DNA from: Basidiobolus meristosporus CBS 931.73
Lineage: Eukaryota > Fungi > Basidiobolomycota
Assembly (NCBI GenBank): GCA_002104905.1
Contig: MCFE01000085.1
Location: forward strand, 114,076 to 178,075
DNA length: 64,000 nt
Reading direction: 5' to 3'
Part shown: positions 51,611 through 62,142 of the stretch, piece after piece
Position numbering within the stretch: the first letter of the stretch is position 1
How the letters are laid out: every line of letters begins with the position of its first letter
Position numbers and translations under genes: made by a program
The notes under the pieces: generated by a model
The model's database searches: none
Told to the model about the DNA's origin: nothing
The model's input: only the letters and a program-made list of their open reading frames with translations

Positions 51611-54138
51611 TTAAGCTTCGATCATCATTCCTTGATCATCTTGATCTCTGTAGAGCTCGGTATTCCATTTACTGAACACACGCTTGTAGAGATACATGCA
51701 AACGGTGTCGTGTTGTTTCAGTGCACCGTCGAACATGCACTTCATGTAGCCATGAGTACCCAAAGACTCCTTGATGTGACCAGTGCGTCCATACTTGGTG
51801 GTAAGCTGAATGGGCTTGAACCAGTGGACATCCTCAGGATTGAGGAACATGTAGCGAATGACTGCACTACGCTTGTGGACCTTGAAGGGATAGCCAGTGA
51901 GAATGATTCTCTTGGCAATGATACGGGTTGGGTCGGAGTTGAAGAAGGATCCAGTAGCAACGATGACTGGGTCAGCTCCGGGTTGTTCCTTGTAGAAGAT
52001 GGCTGGAACATTACCGAACTGAATCGGTCCATAAAGGGTGGCCACCGATGTAAGGTCTTGCTGCAAGTAACGCTCAAACTTGTGGACGTTATTGGTGCCT
52101 TTGGTGGTGTGTTGCGAATACACTGGCTGAACCTTGAATCGACGGAAGCCAAGATGAAGGATCAATGGGTCCTTGGACTTGACAGGCTCTTGATACTCGG
52201 AGTTACGATTGACAATGAAATTCAACACCGACATCTTGTGCTCGTACTGGAGAAGTCCGAAAGCTACGTTGACTCGCGAGGCGTCGTAGGTCTCGATGAA
52301 TTCCTTGGGTACATTGCTCAAGTGAATGGTGATATAGCTACCGGGTTGGACAGCGCCGGTGATGGCTTGGCCTAGAACGCGAACCTTGGTTCTGGGATAG
52401 TTCTCGAATTGGAAGATTCGGGAGTAGTCAGCAGGAAGGTTCTCATAGGGGTCCCAAGGGGAAGTACGAATACTAAGCATTCCACGGTATCTTTGGAATC
52501 TGGTTCTGGCGGCAACGTCAAGTGGGGTGTCCACCTCATCAGGGAACTCGAGGTCATCCTTGGATTCCTTTTGACGTTGGATGTATTCCTGGAAGCTGCG
52601 CTCTTCCTCTTCCGCATCAATCTCGCTGTTGTCGTCCTCATCCTCGCCACCATCAGTCTCATTGGCAACATCCTCGTATTCTTCCTTGTCGCTGTCAACG
52701 TACTCGGTACCCACCATGTTACTGTCCTCCCCATCATCACTGTATTCATCCTCTGATCCGGAGTCTACAATCCAGGCAGCCTGGTATGAGGATGTACCCT
52801 TGGGCACACGTTTGGTGGGTTTCGCCTCGGCCTCGCGTTCGCTTTCCATCATTTTGATGCGCTCTTCCGCTTCGGCGAGTTCTTCTTCTGTGGGCCAGGT
52901 CTGTTCACCAGCCATTGGGTCAGGGTCCATCTCGGAAATCAAATCATCTTGGTGCTCGTCAGGCAAGTCGAGGATACCCGAGTCAACTGGGGTGTCCATC
53001 GAGTCCACCGACATAGAGTCCTGATGGGAAGAGCTATTAGGTCTTTTGGCGGCTACGATCTGTTTGATCTGGAAGTCGCCATAGTTTTGCAAGTGAACCA
53101 AGCGGTTTGCTGAGAATGGAGCTCCCCTAGCAAAGCCAGTGATTTGGAGGGTGCCAACAGTTTCGTCATCAGAATTACTTTCGAAGGTAGCTTGGTCAAT
53201 TAGCATGTATGGGTGGGGTTCGCGCCAGCTGATTGATTTAGGATGTTGTGCGGAGAGCAAACGGAGGAGTGTTTGGGCCTCGGGTGCATTGTCTACGGGG
53301 TGGACCTTTTCCATCTCGGGGAAGAAGTGATTCATAAAACTAAGGAGACTCCTCTTGACATCATTTTGCTTCTTGACTGGAACTTCCTCGAGTTTTTGGC
53401 AGGTGGCGATGACCGATGGCGATCCTTGTGCTTGAATGGAGCTAAGGCAAAGTAATCCGAATTGATCCACCTCAACTTCAGAGGACAATACGAAGAGCAC
53501 ATAATCTGCAACCTTGGTGGCATTCAAGATGTCTGTGAGATTGCGCTTCAATTGCATGAATTGGAAAGTTTGCTTGAATCGCTCACAACTGTGGAAAATT
53601 GGTTATTCCCATGAATCGGTACTAGTCCGCTAATTCTACTTACACTAAGCTAACAGTTCCAGTGGAGGAAGGGACCTCTTTTTCGCTAGCGGTAAAAAGG
53701 TTGGCGACTACCGAGGAGGCTTCAACATCAGGTGCAAGAGGAATTACAGCCTAAAAGATTGGCCGTTAATATCCGCTAGGTGTTTTATCCCTTTAACTAG
53801 AGAACTTACCACAATCTTGGGTGCCCCATTTCTACCGTTGAAAATTCGATTGGCTTGAGTTAAGGCTGCACGTTTCTTCTGCTGCAAAAGTTTGGCAGTA
53901 TTCTTGCGGTCGGCCTTCTTGGTGATGTTTTTAGCAGAATGTTTAACACCCTGGCGGTTGACTTTGCCTTTAGAGAACAGAGGTTTTAGACTTGAAGCAG
54001 CCTAGCAAACTTGAAAAATAAAGACCGCATACCTTTAGCTTGGTCTTTCAAAGACCCCTTTGAAGAGTGTCTTGACTTGAAGGGTTTGTTTTTTTGTTTG
54101 AGCGTTGCTCGATGATGGAAAGAAGCTTCCTGTGGCAT
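51611..54138 (-). CDS. TSR1: Pre-40S assembly factor Tsr1 (Bms1/Tsr1 family)
   Basis: HHRATLKQKNKPFKSRHSSKG, GAPKIVAVIPL, ILNATKVADY, EQTWPTEEE, VPKGTSSYQAAWI, FPDEVDTP, ARTRFQRYRG, GRTGHIKESLGTHGYMKC. Confidence 0.95.
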
Positions 54139-54556
54139 TTCTCAAGAATAGTCTGACGCGGAGACTGAAAAGAAAAGTAGCTTCAAGAAACCCTGTAGTC
54201 CTCACTTAGGCCAGGTTTTTTTCGCATTTCGTGGAAATTTGGTTTTTTTTCTTTTTGTTACACTCTGCCATTCCCGACTAGTATATCCCGGAAGAGTTTG
54301 TACCTCATATCTCGAATAGGGATCGTAAGTTTGATAATAATTCGCATAACAAATCACCAACATTAGACAAAATTAGTTTCCAAGCTATGTATGGTTAACC
54401 ATTAGGGGTACTATTACTAACCAATCTTCTACATAAGTCCTGGCACAAACCTTATAGAATACACAGGATTTGGCCGAGAAAACATAGAGTTAAAGTAATG
54501 ATTAGCGAGGTTTATTACGTTTGGTTAATGTTAAGTCATTACAATTGATAGTGTTA

Positions 54557-55871
54557 TTAGATACGATGGATGGTCTTGCCATCTACAAATACTTGGACAA
54601 TATTGCGATCATCTCCGTTGTTGATGAACTTCTCGAAGGTGGTCTTGATATCACCATGATCAAACAAATCAATGGGGGATCCGCGGGCAATGGGGTCAAT
54701 GATCAACGCGCCAAATTGCTTTCCAACCATAAAGTTGCCAAGGGTGCTCTTCATGCCTATGACATCGGCACCACCAAGGTAGAAGACCTCAGCCAGTTGG
54801 AGGTACTTGTCCTCGGGATGGTCGAAGCTGCGGGCGATGGCGGAGAAGTAGCCATGACGAATATTGTTGAGGATGGAGGGACTGTAGCCTCCAGAGACAT
54901 CAGTGCCAAGGCCGACCTTCTGGCCCTCGGTCATCATTTGGCGGATCTTGGCGACGCCACTGCGAAGACTCAGGTTGGAGTTGGGACAGTGGGAGATACC
55001 GGCACCTCGCTTCTTCAGCAATTGGGTACACTACATGGGCCATGATCGAGCGATTGGTCAATAGCCCATGGGAGTCGTAGACTGAGGTGTAGTCGGGCTG
55101 GTCGGGGTGGAGCTCCTTGACCCAGGCAATCTCGTCCAGATTTTCATCGAGATGTGACTGAATAGGAACGTTGTACTTGGCAGCTCGCTTGTGCATGATG
55201 GGACAAAGCGAGGGGTAACGATGGGAGTGACACGAGAGTTCTTCTTGCCAAGGACGTACTGGATGAATGCCTCGGTGTCCTTGAGACTCTGAGCAGTGGT
55301 CTCAATGAGGTAATCGGGGGAGTTGCGATCCATGTTAACTTTCCCAACAAAGGCACGCTGGCCCCTAGCTTCCACAATGTCCGTAAGGGCCTTCGAGGCG
55401 TCCAGGTGGATGGTAGCGTAGTAGCTGGCTGCTGTGGTACCGCTTCGGATCACTCGATCCACAACCTTGCCGTATGCATCCTTGGCATAGTTGGTGTTAT
55501 TGAATCGGGCCTCGCGAGGGAATGTGAATGTGTTGAGCCAGTCAAGTAGCTGCAAGTCCATGCCAGAGCCAGTGAACACATACTGGGGAGCATGGATATG
55601 GGTGTCGATCAAGCCTGGTATGAGGAACTTCTGGTTGCCAAGTGGGAACAGGCTGATGCCATGCTTGCTGGCGATTTGTCTAGCCTGGTTCTCATTGACG
55701 TTATTCTCCACTTGTACGATTTTACCACTCTTGTCAACTGCGATAACTCCGTTAGTGACGTGCTCCAGCAAGGTGGCATTGACCGGGTGGACAAAGCTGC
55801 CATAGTACATTCTGTGCAGAGATGGCACTAATGAGCGCAGTAGAGATGAGGGCTAAGGAAGAAAAGTACAT
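54557..55871 (-). pseudogene. GUD1: Guanine deaminase pseudogene (intronless; three frameshifts and one in-frame deletion), apparently with an N-terminal signal peptide
   Basis: PGLIDTHIHAPQY, GTTAASYYATIH, RAFVGKVNMDRNSP, TPRFVPSC, IQSHLDEN, IMAH, SHCPNSN, VGLGTDVSGG and DDRNI..VFVDG are spread over several reading frames. Frame breaks at ~55808, ~55182 and ~55024. Confidence 0.85.
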
Positions 55872-56349
55872 GGTTTGTTTGGCTGCTGATGTGCCAGTTA
55901 GACCTTGCATGAGCTACATTTATATGTACTTGCTGGGCTGGCCAACCTCTCAATTGCTTTTGTCCAATAGTCACGTTGCGTTAAAACGATATACTGTACC
56001 CGATTACTTTTGAGGGCAAAATACTCATACGTTGGACGCTGGATACAATGGATGGTTCTGGCGAATAGCAGCCACCTGGTAATTTGTTTGTACACTAGAG
56101 CCATCCTAGTTAAGCCAGCCAAGAATGTGGGAGTGAATGATGATTAACTGGAAAAGAGACAACCTTGTAGGATTTGGCACTATAAGCGACATAAGCATGT
56201 CTGCTGATAAATCCATCTATATCGGATAATCGATGCCGCCACACGGAGATCTTGGGTTTGGCATAATTGAGAACTTGGACACAACCTGTCAGGATTGATT
56301 AGTTAGCTCGCTCACAAATGCTGGATAAACGTGACCCAATACAATATGA

Positions 56350-56930
56350 CTTTCAATAGAGCGGTTATTCAATACCTCTGGGTGAGTTCACACACCAAGC
56401 TTCAACACCAATCAGTATGTCGCATTTCTATATGACCTAGTTGATACTACCCATCCAAGAACAGTATTGAACGTTCCGAGTAAAGTAACTGATTATATGG
56501 TCATGGTAATATTAAAATACCGGGTAAGAGATGGCTTCCCACCAACCGCTCTGCTTACAGTGTGCTTTCCTGATTATATCATGTCCACCTTTGAGAAGTT
56601 CATTAACTTTGAAGATGATTGTACTATTATGAAACCATTTACTGATGGCAGGCGCATCCATCACATCTAAACATCTAGATTACTAGGTGATCAATAATAA
56701 ACCAAGCCATCTTTAACTTAGTGCATAGCTCTCTGTCTATAAAAATGTTGTAAAAATGCTGTCTGAAAGGCTAGATATGTTGTATACTGGCATCATATAA
56801 AGTACTTTGTCAATTGATTCTGAGCAACCACTTGTCTAGGTTTGGGGTATCCTATGGGCTCCTAGCAACAACTATATTCAACTTTCCATGAAACAAATCA
56901 TATTTGGCTTAGTGGTGAGATGAATATTAG
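56350..56930 (-). other. Degenerate coding relic of unknown origin, target of the inverted copia LTR
   Basis: Protein-like text (DTPNLDKWLLRIN*QSTLYDAQY...; ...SIN*VI*KCDILIGVEAW) interrupted by many stops. Confidence 0.25.
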
Positions 56931-56970
56931 CACTTCTGTTGACCACTTATACTGAGGTGTTTATTATAAA

Positions 56971-57325
56971 TGTTGCAACTGTAGTAGAGTTTTGGAGATA
57001 CTGGAAGTGAATGGGAGAACAAGTTGATTATGTGGCTTCACCTAACAATTTATTGAATGTAAAAGTAGTATTTATACTTTTACAAAATATTGGCTAAATA
57101 AGCATGTAGGGTATGCTGAGGCAGGCCCCAAGAATATGCATGCAACATTTGAGACTGTCTGGACAACCTAACAAAAGTTCATGTTCTGGGTACCTGATGG
57201 TTTGGTGAAATATTCTAAGTATTTCATAACAATGAAATTGCTCAGAACTCTCTAATATTTGTAGGTCATAATCTAGATGACTAAGCTAGATTAGTATTTA
57301 GATGCAATCACAAGCTTTTATACCA
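56971..57325 (-). repeat. Ty1/copia 3' LTR (~355 bp, TG...CAACA)
   Basis: Starts TG right after the polypurine tract GAGTGGGAG (57334-57326) and ends CAACA at 56971. Aligns end to end with the LTR at 60085-60433. Confidence 0.85.
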
Positions 57326-57549
57326 CTCCCACTCAACTATTAAGTCATATTGACAAGTCCTAATTGTGCTCTGCAATATTCACATTTTTGTCTAGTTAGT
57401 GGCTTGATGAATATGTCTGCAATTATTTCATTAGTAGCAAAGTAAGCTAAGTTAACAAAGTAGTTCTCTATAACTTCAAGTATGAAATGATGTCTAATAT
57501 CTGCATGCTCAGTTTTAGCATGAAGAGTGGAATTCTTCTTAAGGTTCAT
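56971..57549 (-). mobile_element. 3' remnant of a Ty1/copia LTR retrotransposon (RNase H C-terminus + PPT + 3' LTR)
   Basis: KNSTLHAKTEHADIRHHFILEV...TNEIIADIFIKPLTRQKCEYCRAQLGL* is the degenerate copia RNase H end (HxRTKHIDIRxHF...ADIFTKPL). Confidence 0.88.
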
Positions 57550-58227
57550 GGGGGAGTGAAGTAGATAAGCTTGAGAGACATAATAATCTTTTATGAAGTG
57601 GGTAAAAGCAGGTGAAGGGGAGTTTTTGATAAGTGAAGTGAATCTTGAGAGCAGAGATTCCTCTAATGAGAAGATCTTGTAAACTGGAGAATCAGGAAAC
57701 TCTTTAAAGGCATGGTCAGTAGGTTCTCAGAAAAACTGGTCTAAGACATTTTGAGAGAATTTTTTAGCAATACTTTTGTCAAGTACTACCTCCAGAGTGT
57801 GATGGTTGATAAATCTCATGTTAACAATCTTGGATGAATTGTAACCTTGTTGCTTGAGATACATCCTATGCTCAGATATGGGAATAAACTCTACATTGGC
57901 AAAGTAGCAGACAGCCCAGTCAGTAGCAGGAGGCAAATCAGAGGTGGTAGGAAACTTTCTTTTAGTCTAAGGAGGAGCAGCACAATGTCTTGAGGAAGCA
58001 GGGACAGACTTTTTGACAGCTTTAGAGTAGGAAGAGTAAGCAAGAGCAGATGATTCTTGGGGAGTCTTGTTGACAGGAAGAGTTGGCACAGGGACAATAG
58101 ATTCTTGCAGATCAGAGAAGGCAGAAAACAGCTTTTGAACTTGTTTCTAGAGTAGAGCATTTTCAGCTTCAACAAGTGCAAGCCTTTCTTCAAGGAAAGA
58201 AATCTGAAGGGAATGGAGTGAAGGCAT
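57546..58227 (-). mobile_element. Degenerate LINE ORF1 (coiled coil + RRM-like domain), three in-frame stops
   Basis: One frame reads SDSFLEERLALVEAENALL*KQVQKL...SYSKAVKK...WAVCYFANVEFIPISEHRMYLKQQGYNSSKIVNMRFINHHTLEVVL...LLHSP*. This resembles ORF1 of non-LTR elements from early-diverging fungi (family assignment from recall). Confidence 0.55.
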
Positions 58228-58287
58228 AAGAAATAAGAAGAAGAGGGTAGGATAGGGTGAGTGGGCAGGAAAATTAGCTAGGAGGGT

Positions 58288-60084
58288 TAGGGGGGAGGGA
58301 AAGTCACCAAGTTGGTGAAATCTTTAATTGAGACAAGAACTAATCTAAGCACAAATAAAGAAGCTAATTAAGAAGTCTAGAACCTCTCTAATCAGTAATC
58401 TAATTTATGTTTTGTTTCCTCTAATGTTTGTTTCTATAAGGTAGAGCTCATCAGGGGTAAATATAAAATTCAAGGGTTTTGGGGGAAGTACAAACTGTAT
58501 ATGTTTCTGATCAATATACTCCAAGACCGGAACCCAGCCTGGGATTAGGTGTAGTAGGAAAGATGTGTGGACTTGCAAGTAGCTCTGCCACATAGATCTT
58601 AGATGGTCCTGAGCCAGTAGTCTTGGTTTCTCAGCTTTTTGAAGTTTTGAAGCAAGCTCTGTTGCTACAGCAGAGCCAATCAGGGTGTGCCAGCAAGAAG
58701 ATTTCAGGGAGGAGTTAGATTTAAGCCATTATTTGATGGAAGGGTTATGTGATTTCTGAAGTTTGACTAGGAAAGAAGCACAGAGATAGACCATTTGGAT
58801 TTGGTATGGGTAGAACCCAAAAGCTCCATTAGTTGCATGGATATAGGGAGATACTGGAAGATAAGGTACCAAGGATCTGATACACTGATGGAGAAATTTA
58901 TCCAGGTGGTGAAGTTCTCTGGAGGTTAGGGGTATAATGTGGAGACCAAATTCAAGTACCGGCAGTACATACTGCTTCAGAAGTATAGGGATCTTCTGAA
59001 TTGGAGTGTCTGGAGTGACTACTACCAGAAGCTTTTTGAGAGCCTGTTGGGCAATATGGATCCTATTATTCAGGTGGAGCTTTGAGTAAATCACATGTTG
59101 ACAAAATGGCAGACCTAGATATATTGCTGTTGGTTGTGGCAGAATGCTAGTGTTCTGTATAGTTGTAGTGCACCCAATTGGGACTGTCTTGGAAATTGAG
59201 AGTGAGAGGTTGTTGGCAGCCAAGTACTTCTCAATGATGGCAGTGTCTGTTATGGGATTAGGAGTAGCAATCTGGATATCCTCCATATAGAGAGTTAGTA
59301 GTGGATAGGGAGAGTCTGGTAAGGGGCCTTTTGGAGATAAAGGGAAGTCATGCAGAAATATCACAAATAGTAAAGGACCTAGTACAGATTCTTGGACTAC
59401 TCCATTTGGAACCTCATAAGTCTCTGATGTGCAACTTGGATGCAAAGTTTTGGCTGAGTTCTCACAAAATAGAGAAGATACAAGAAAGGATATTGGCAGT
59501 GTGGTAACTGCTAATAGCTTTCTCCAAAGCAGAGCTCTGTCAACAGAGTCAAAGGCTTTAGTAATGTAAAACAGAATGGTTGGCAATGAGAACTGAAGTG
59601 AATGATCATGGATTAGCACTACACCCATATCCAAGAAGAGTTTGGGCAAGAAGCCAAACTGAGAAGGATGGAATGAATATAGTTGAGATTGCAAGGATCT
59701 TGCTATTATAAGCTCAAAGATTTTCTGGCAGGTTGGTAGGAGTGAAACTGGCTAGTAAGAACCTGGGAGTGGGTGTTTCCTTTTCCCTTTGTATAAGGGG
59801 GTTACATTTGCCTGTGACCAGGCCTTTGGGGTAGTCAATTGTTGAGCACAGATAGAGCAGAATGGGAGAAGTAAGTGACTCATTTTGGAGTAGCACACCT
59901 GGAGTAGATTATAGGTAATCAAGTCATGTCCAGGTGCAGTATTTGCAGGAAGCTTCTTTAAAATTTTCTCTAGAAGCTTGGCTGAAATCAGAATTGGCAA
60001 TGTTGGACTGTTTGATATGTTACCAGTATGGTAGAAAGGAGAAGTGGGATGCACAGATGAATCAAAGAATATAGGGGCCAGTTT
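58288..60084 (-). mobile_element. Non-LTR (LINE) retrotransposon, RT region + 3' UTR, copy A (degenerate; cut off upstream by the copia LTR at 60085)
   Basis: APGHDLIT, W..ANVTPLYKGK, Y*PVSL, QFGF, ITKAFDSVDR, GVVQESVLGPLLF, YMED (YxDD mutated), YLGLPF. Confidence 0.9.
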
Positions 60085-60433
60085 TGTTGTAAAAATTTGT
60101 AATTCCACCTGAATATTCACCTAAATTAGTCACTTAGATCATTACCTTCAAATCCTAGAGAATACTGACCAAATTCCTTGTTGGGATTTACTTAGTATAC
60201 TTTCACAAAAATACCAGGTACCCAGAACATGAAAATTCTCAAAGTTGTCCAAACAGCCCCAAACTTTGCACACATGTTTTTGGGACCTTTCTTCACCTAT
60301 TCTACGTGTTTGTAATGCCAAGACCATGTAAAAGTATAAATACTACTTTTACATTCAATAAATCATTAAGTGAAAACCACATAATCTATTTGTTCTCCCA
60401 ATCACTTCCAATATCTCCAAGACTCTTACAACA
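60085..60433 (+). repeat. Ty1/copia 5' LTR (349 bp, TGTTG...CAACA)
   Basis: Terminal inverted repeats TGTTG/CAACA; contains TATAAA and AATAAA; homologous to the reverse complement of 56971-57325. Confidence 0.88.
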
Positions 60434-60445
60434 GATTATGAGCCC
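60434..60445 (+). promoter_or_regulatory. Primer-binding site, half-tRNAi(Met) type (GATTATGAGCCC; cf. GGTTATGGGCCC), overlapping the gag ATG
   Basis: Lies immediately after the LTR CA end and resembles the copia/Ty5-type internal tRNAi-Met PBS. Confidence 0.6.
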
Positions 60446-62142
60446 CAAGCTGTCACTCTCTGCAATGTCTGCTACTGCTATTACTGGAATTTTTCCCTCT
60501 GCTGAAAAGTTGGATGGATCTAACTACCAAGTGTGGCAGGTGAAGATGAAGATGCTGCTACAAGAAAGAGGCCTTTGGGATATTGTCATGGGAGAAGAAT
60601 GCCCTCCTAAAAACGTGGGTGAGGAAGCCTTAAAGTACCAGAGGAAAGAACAAAGTGCCTTTAACTGCATTTGCCTTAATGTCAAGGACAAATTGCTAAT
60701 TCAATGCTCAAGAGCAAAAACAGCAAAGAATGCCTGGAAAGCATTGGAAGACACCTACCAGTCATGTTCAGCTGCCAAGAAAATGTATCTGAGACAAAAA
60801 TTCTTTACTACAAAGATGCTGCCAGGAGAAGAAATGAAAAATCTAATTAACAGAATTACTCTGCTGGTAGATGAGATGGAATCTGTGGGTATACCAACTA
60901 CTGATGAGGAAGTGATAGTTACCATCCTGAATAGCCTGACAGACAAGTTTCAGGGCCTTGTATCAGCCCTAGAGTCCAGAACTGAAGATTTGACCTTAAA
61001 TTATGTATATGGAAGGCTCCTGGATGAAGAATTAAGAAAATCAAGTGCCAATAAGAAGGAAGAAGAAAATGCTTTAATAAGCAATGATAACCAACAAAGG
61101 AGGTACCCAAGACCCTACAAAGGCAACAGCAACCTGTTTTGTAACTACTGCAAAAGGAAAGGACACACATCAGACCAGTGTCTCAAAAAGAAAGATAATC
61201 AGCAAAAGAAGCCTGAATATGGAAATGCTGCAACAACTGAAGATAGACTATTCATATCTGCACTAAGTATGACCACAAACAAGGATTCTCAGACGTGGTA
61301 TATTGACTCTGGAGCTTCTCAACACTTTACACACCAAAAAGAACTTTTTACCCAATATCAAGAAATTCCAATTAAGAAGGTTTTCATGGGTGACAATAGA
61401 ACACTTGATGCAGTGGGAGAAGGAACTATCCAAGTAAACCTTAGAAGCAGTGAAGGAAGCCATACACTGACCATTAAGAAGTACTCTATGTACCAGAAAT
61501 AGCCAAGAACCTACTCTCTGTAAGCAAGGCCACAGCAGAAGGACTCAGTTTCAGTTTTGACAATTCTGGATGCATGTTGTATCCAAGAGAAAGTGTAATA
61601 AAACTCTTGAATGGTTTAACTGAACCAAAGGGACAATTAAGTGCATAATCTTAGAATTGTCAGAGAGTGGCGGAAATATTAGCAGAAAGATTCTGATCTA
61701 ATATTGGTCTTGGATATAGCTGGGTTGGCTATAAAGACAATGATATTTGTTTGCTAGGCAGGCTAGGCTTGGTGTTCTTTGGAGTGCTAGATATACTAGG
61801 CTTGGATAGAAACTAGAACGGAATTGTTGGATTCTTATTTTTGCTGAGACAGAATCATAATTTTGTTGAGACACACAGTAAACCAAAAGGTTCAGTAAAC
61901 TTTATTTATACTTTTCTGATCAAGTTGAATTAGTAAGCGCCAAGGGACTGGATTGATTGAAATCAATTTGGGTGTTCATAGGTGCGTAAGATAAATGAAA
62001 ATTACATCATCAATCAACTGATGTCTTGGCAACTGCACCATGGTTGGATAGATCTCAGATGACTAATCACCTGGGAAGGCTTGGCAGATAGGTTGATAAC
62101 GTAATGACCATTTGAAAATAGATCAGGTGTGATAGCTAAAAA

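Larger units (their letters stand above)
60085..61640 (+). mobile_element. 5' portion of a Ty1/copia element: LTR, PBS, gag (60438-), zinc knuckle and protease; frameshift at ~61478, then truncated before integrase
   Basis: KLDGSNYQVWQVKMKMLLQERGLWDIV, CNYCKRKGHTSDQC, WYIDSGASQHF, shifted VLYVPEIAKNLLSVSK. Confidence 0.92.

Noticed and set aside
54557-55871. Programmed frameshifting or sequencing error as the explanation for the broken guanine deaminase
   Set aside because: The breaks remove multi-residue conserved segments and are not at homopolymers or slippery heptamers. True deletion fits better, though raw reads were not available.
2149-55871. A metabolic gene cluster (MetR, OXP1, HIS2, FAH hydrolase, HEM3, TAL1, guanine deaminase)
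   Set aside because: The enzymes belong to unrelated pathways, are interleaved with trafficking, replication and ribosome genes, and include no backbone biosynthetic enzyme or transporter.
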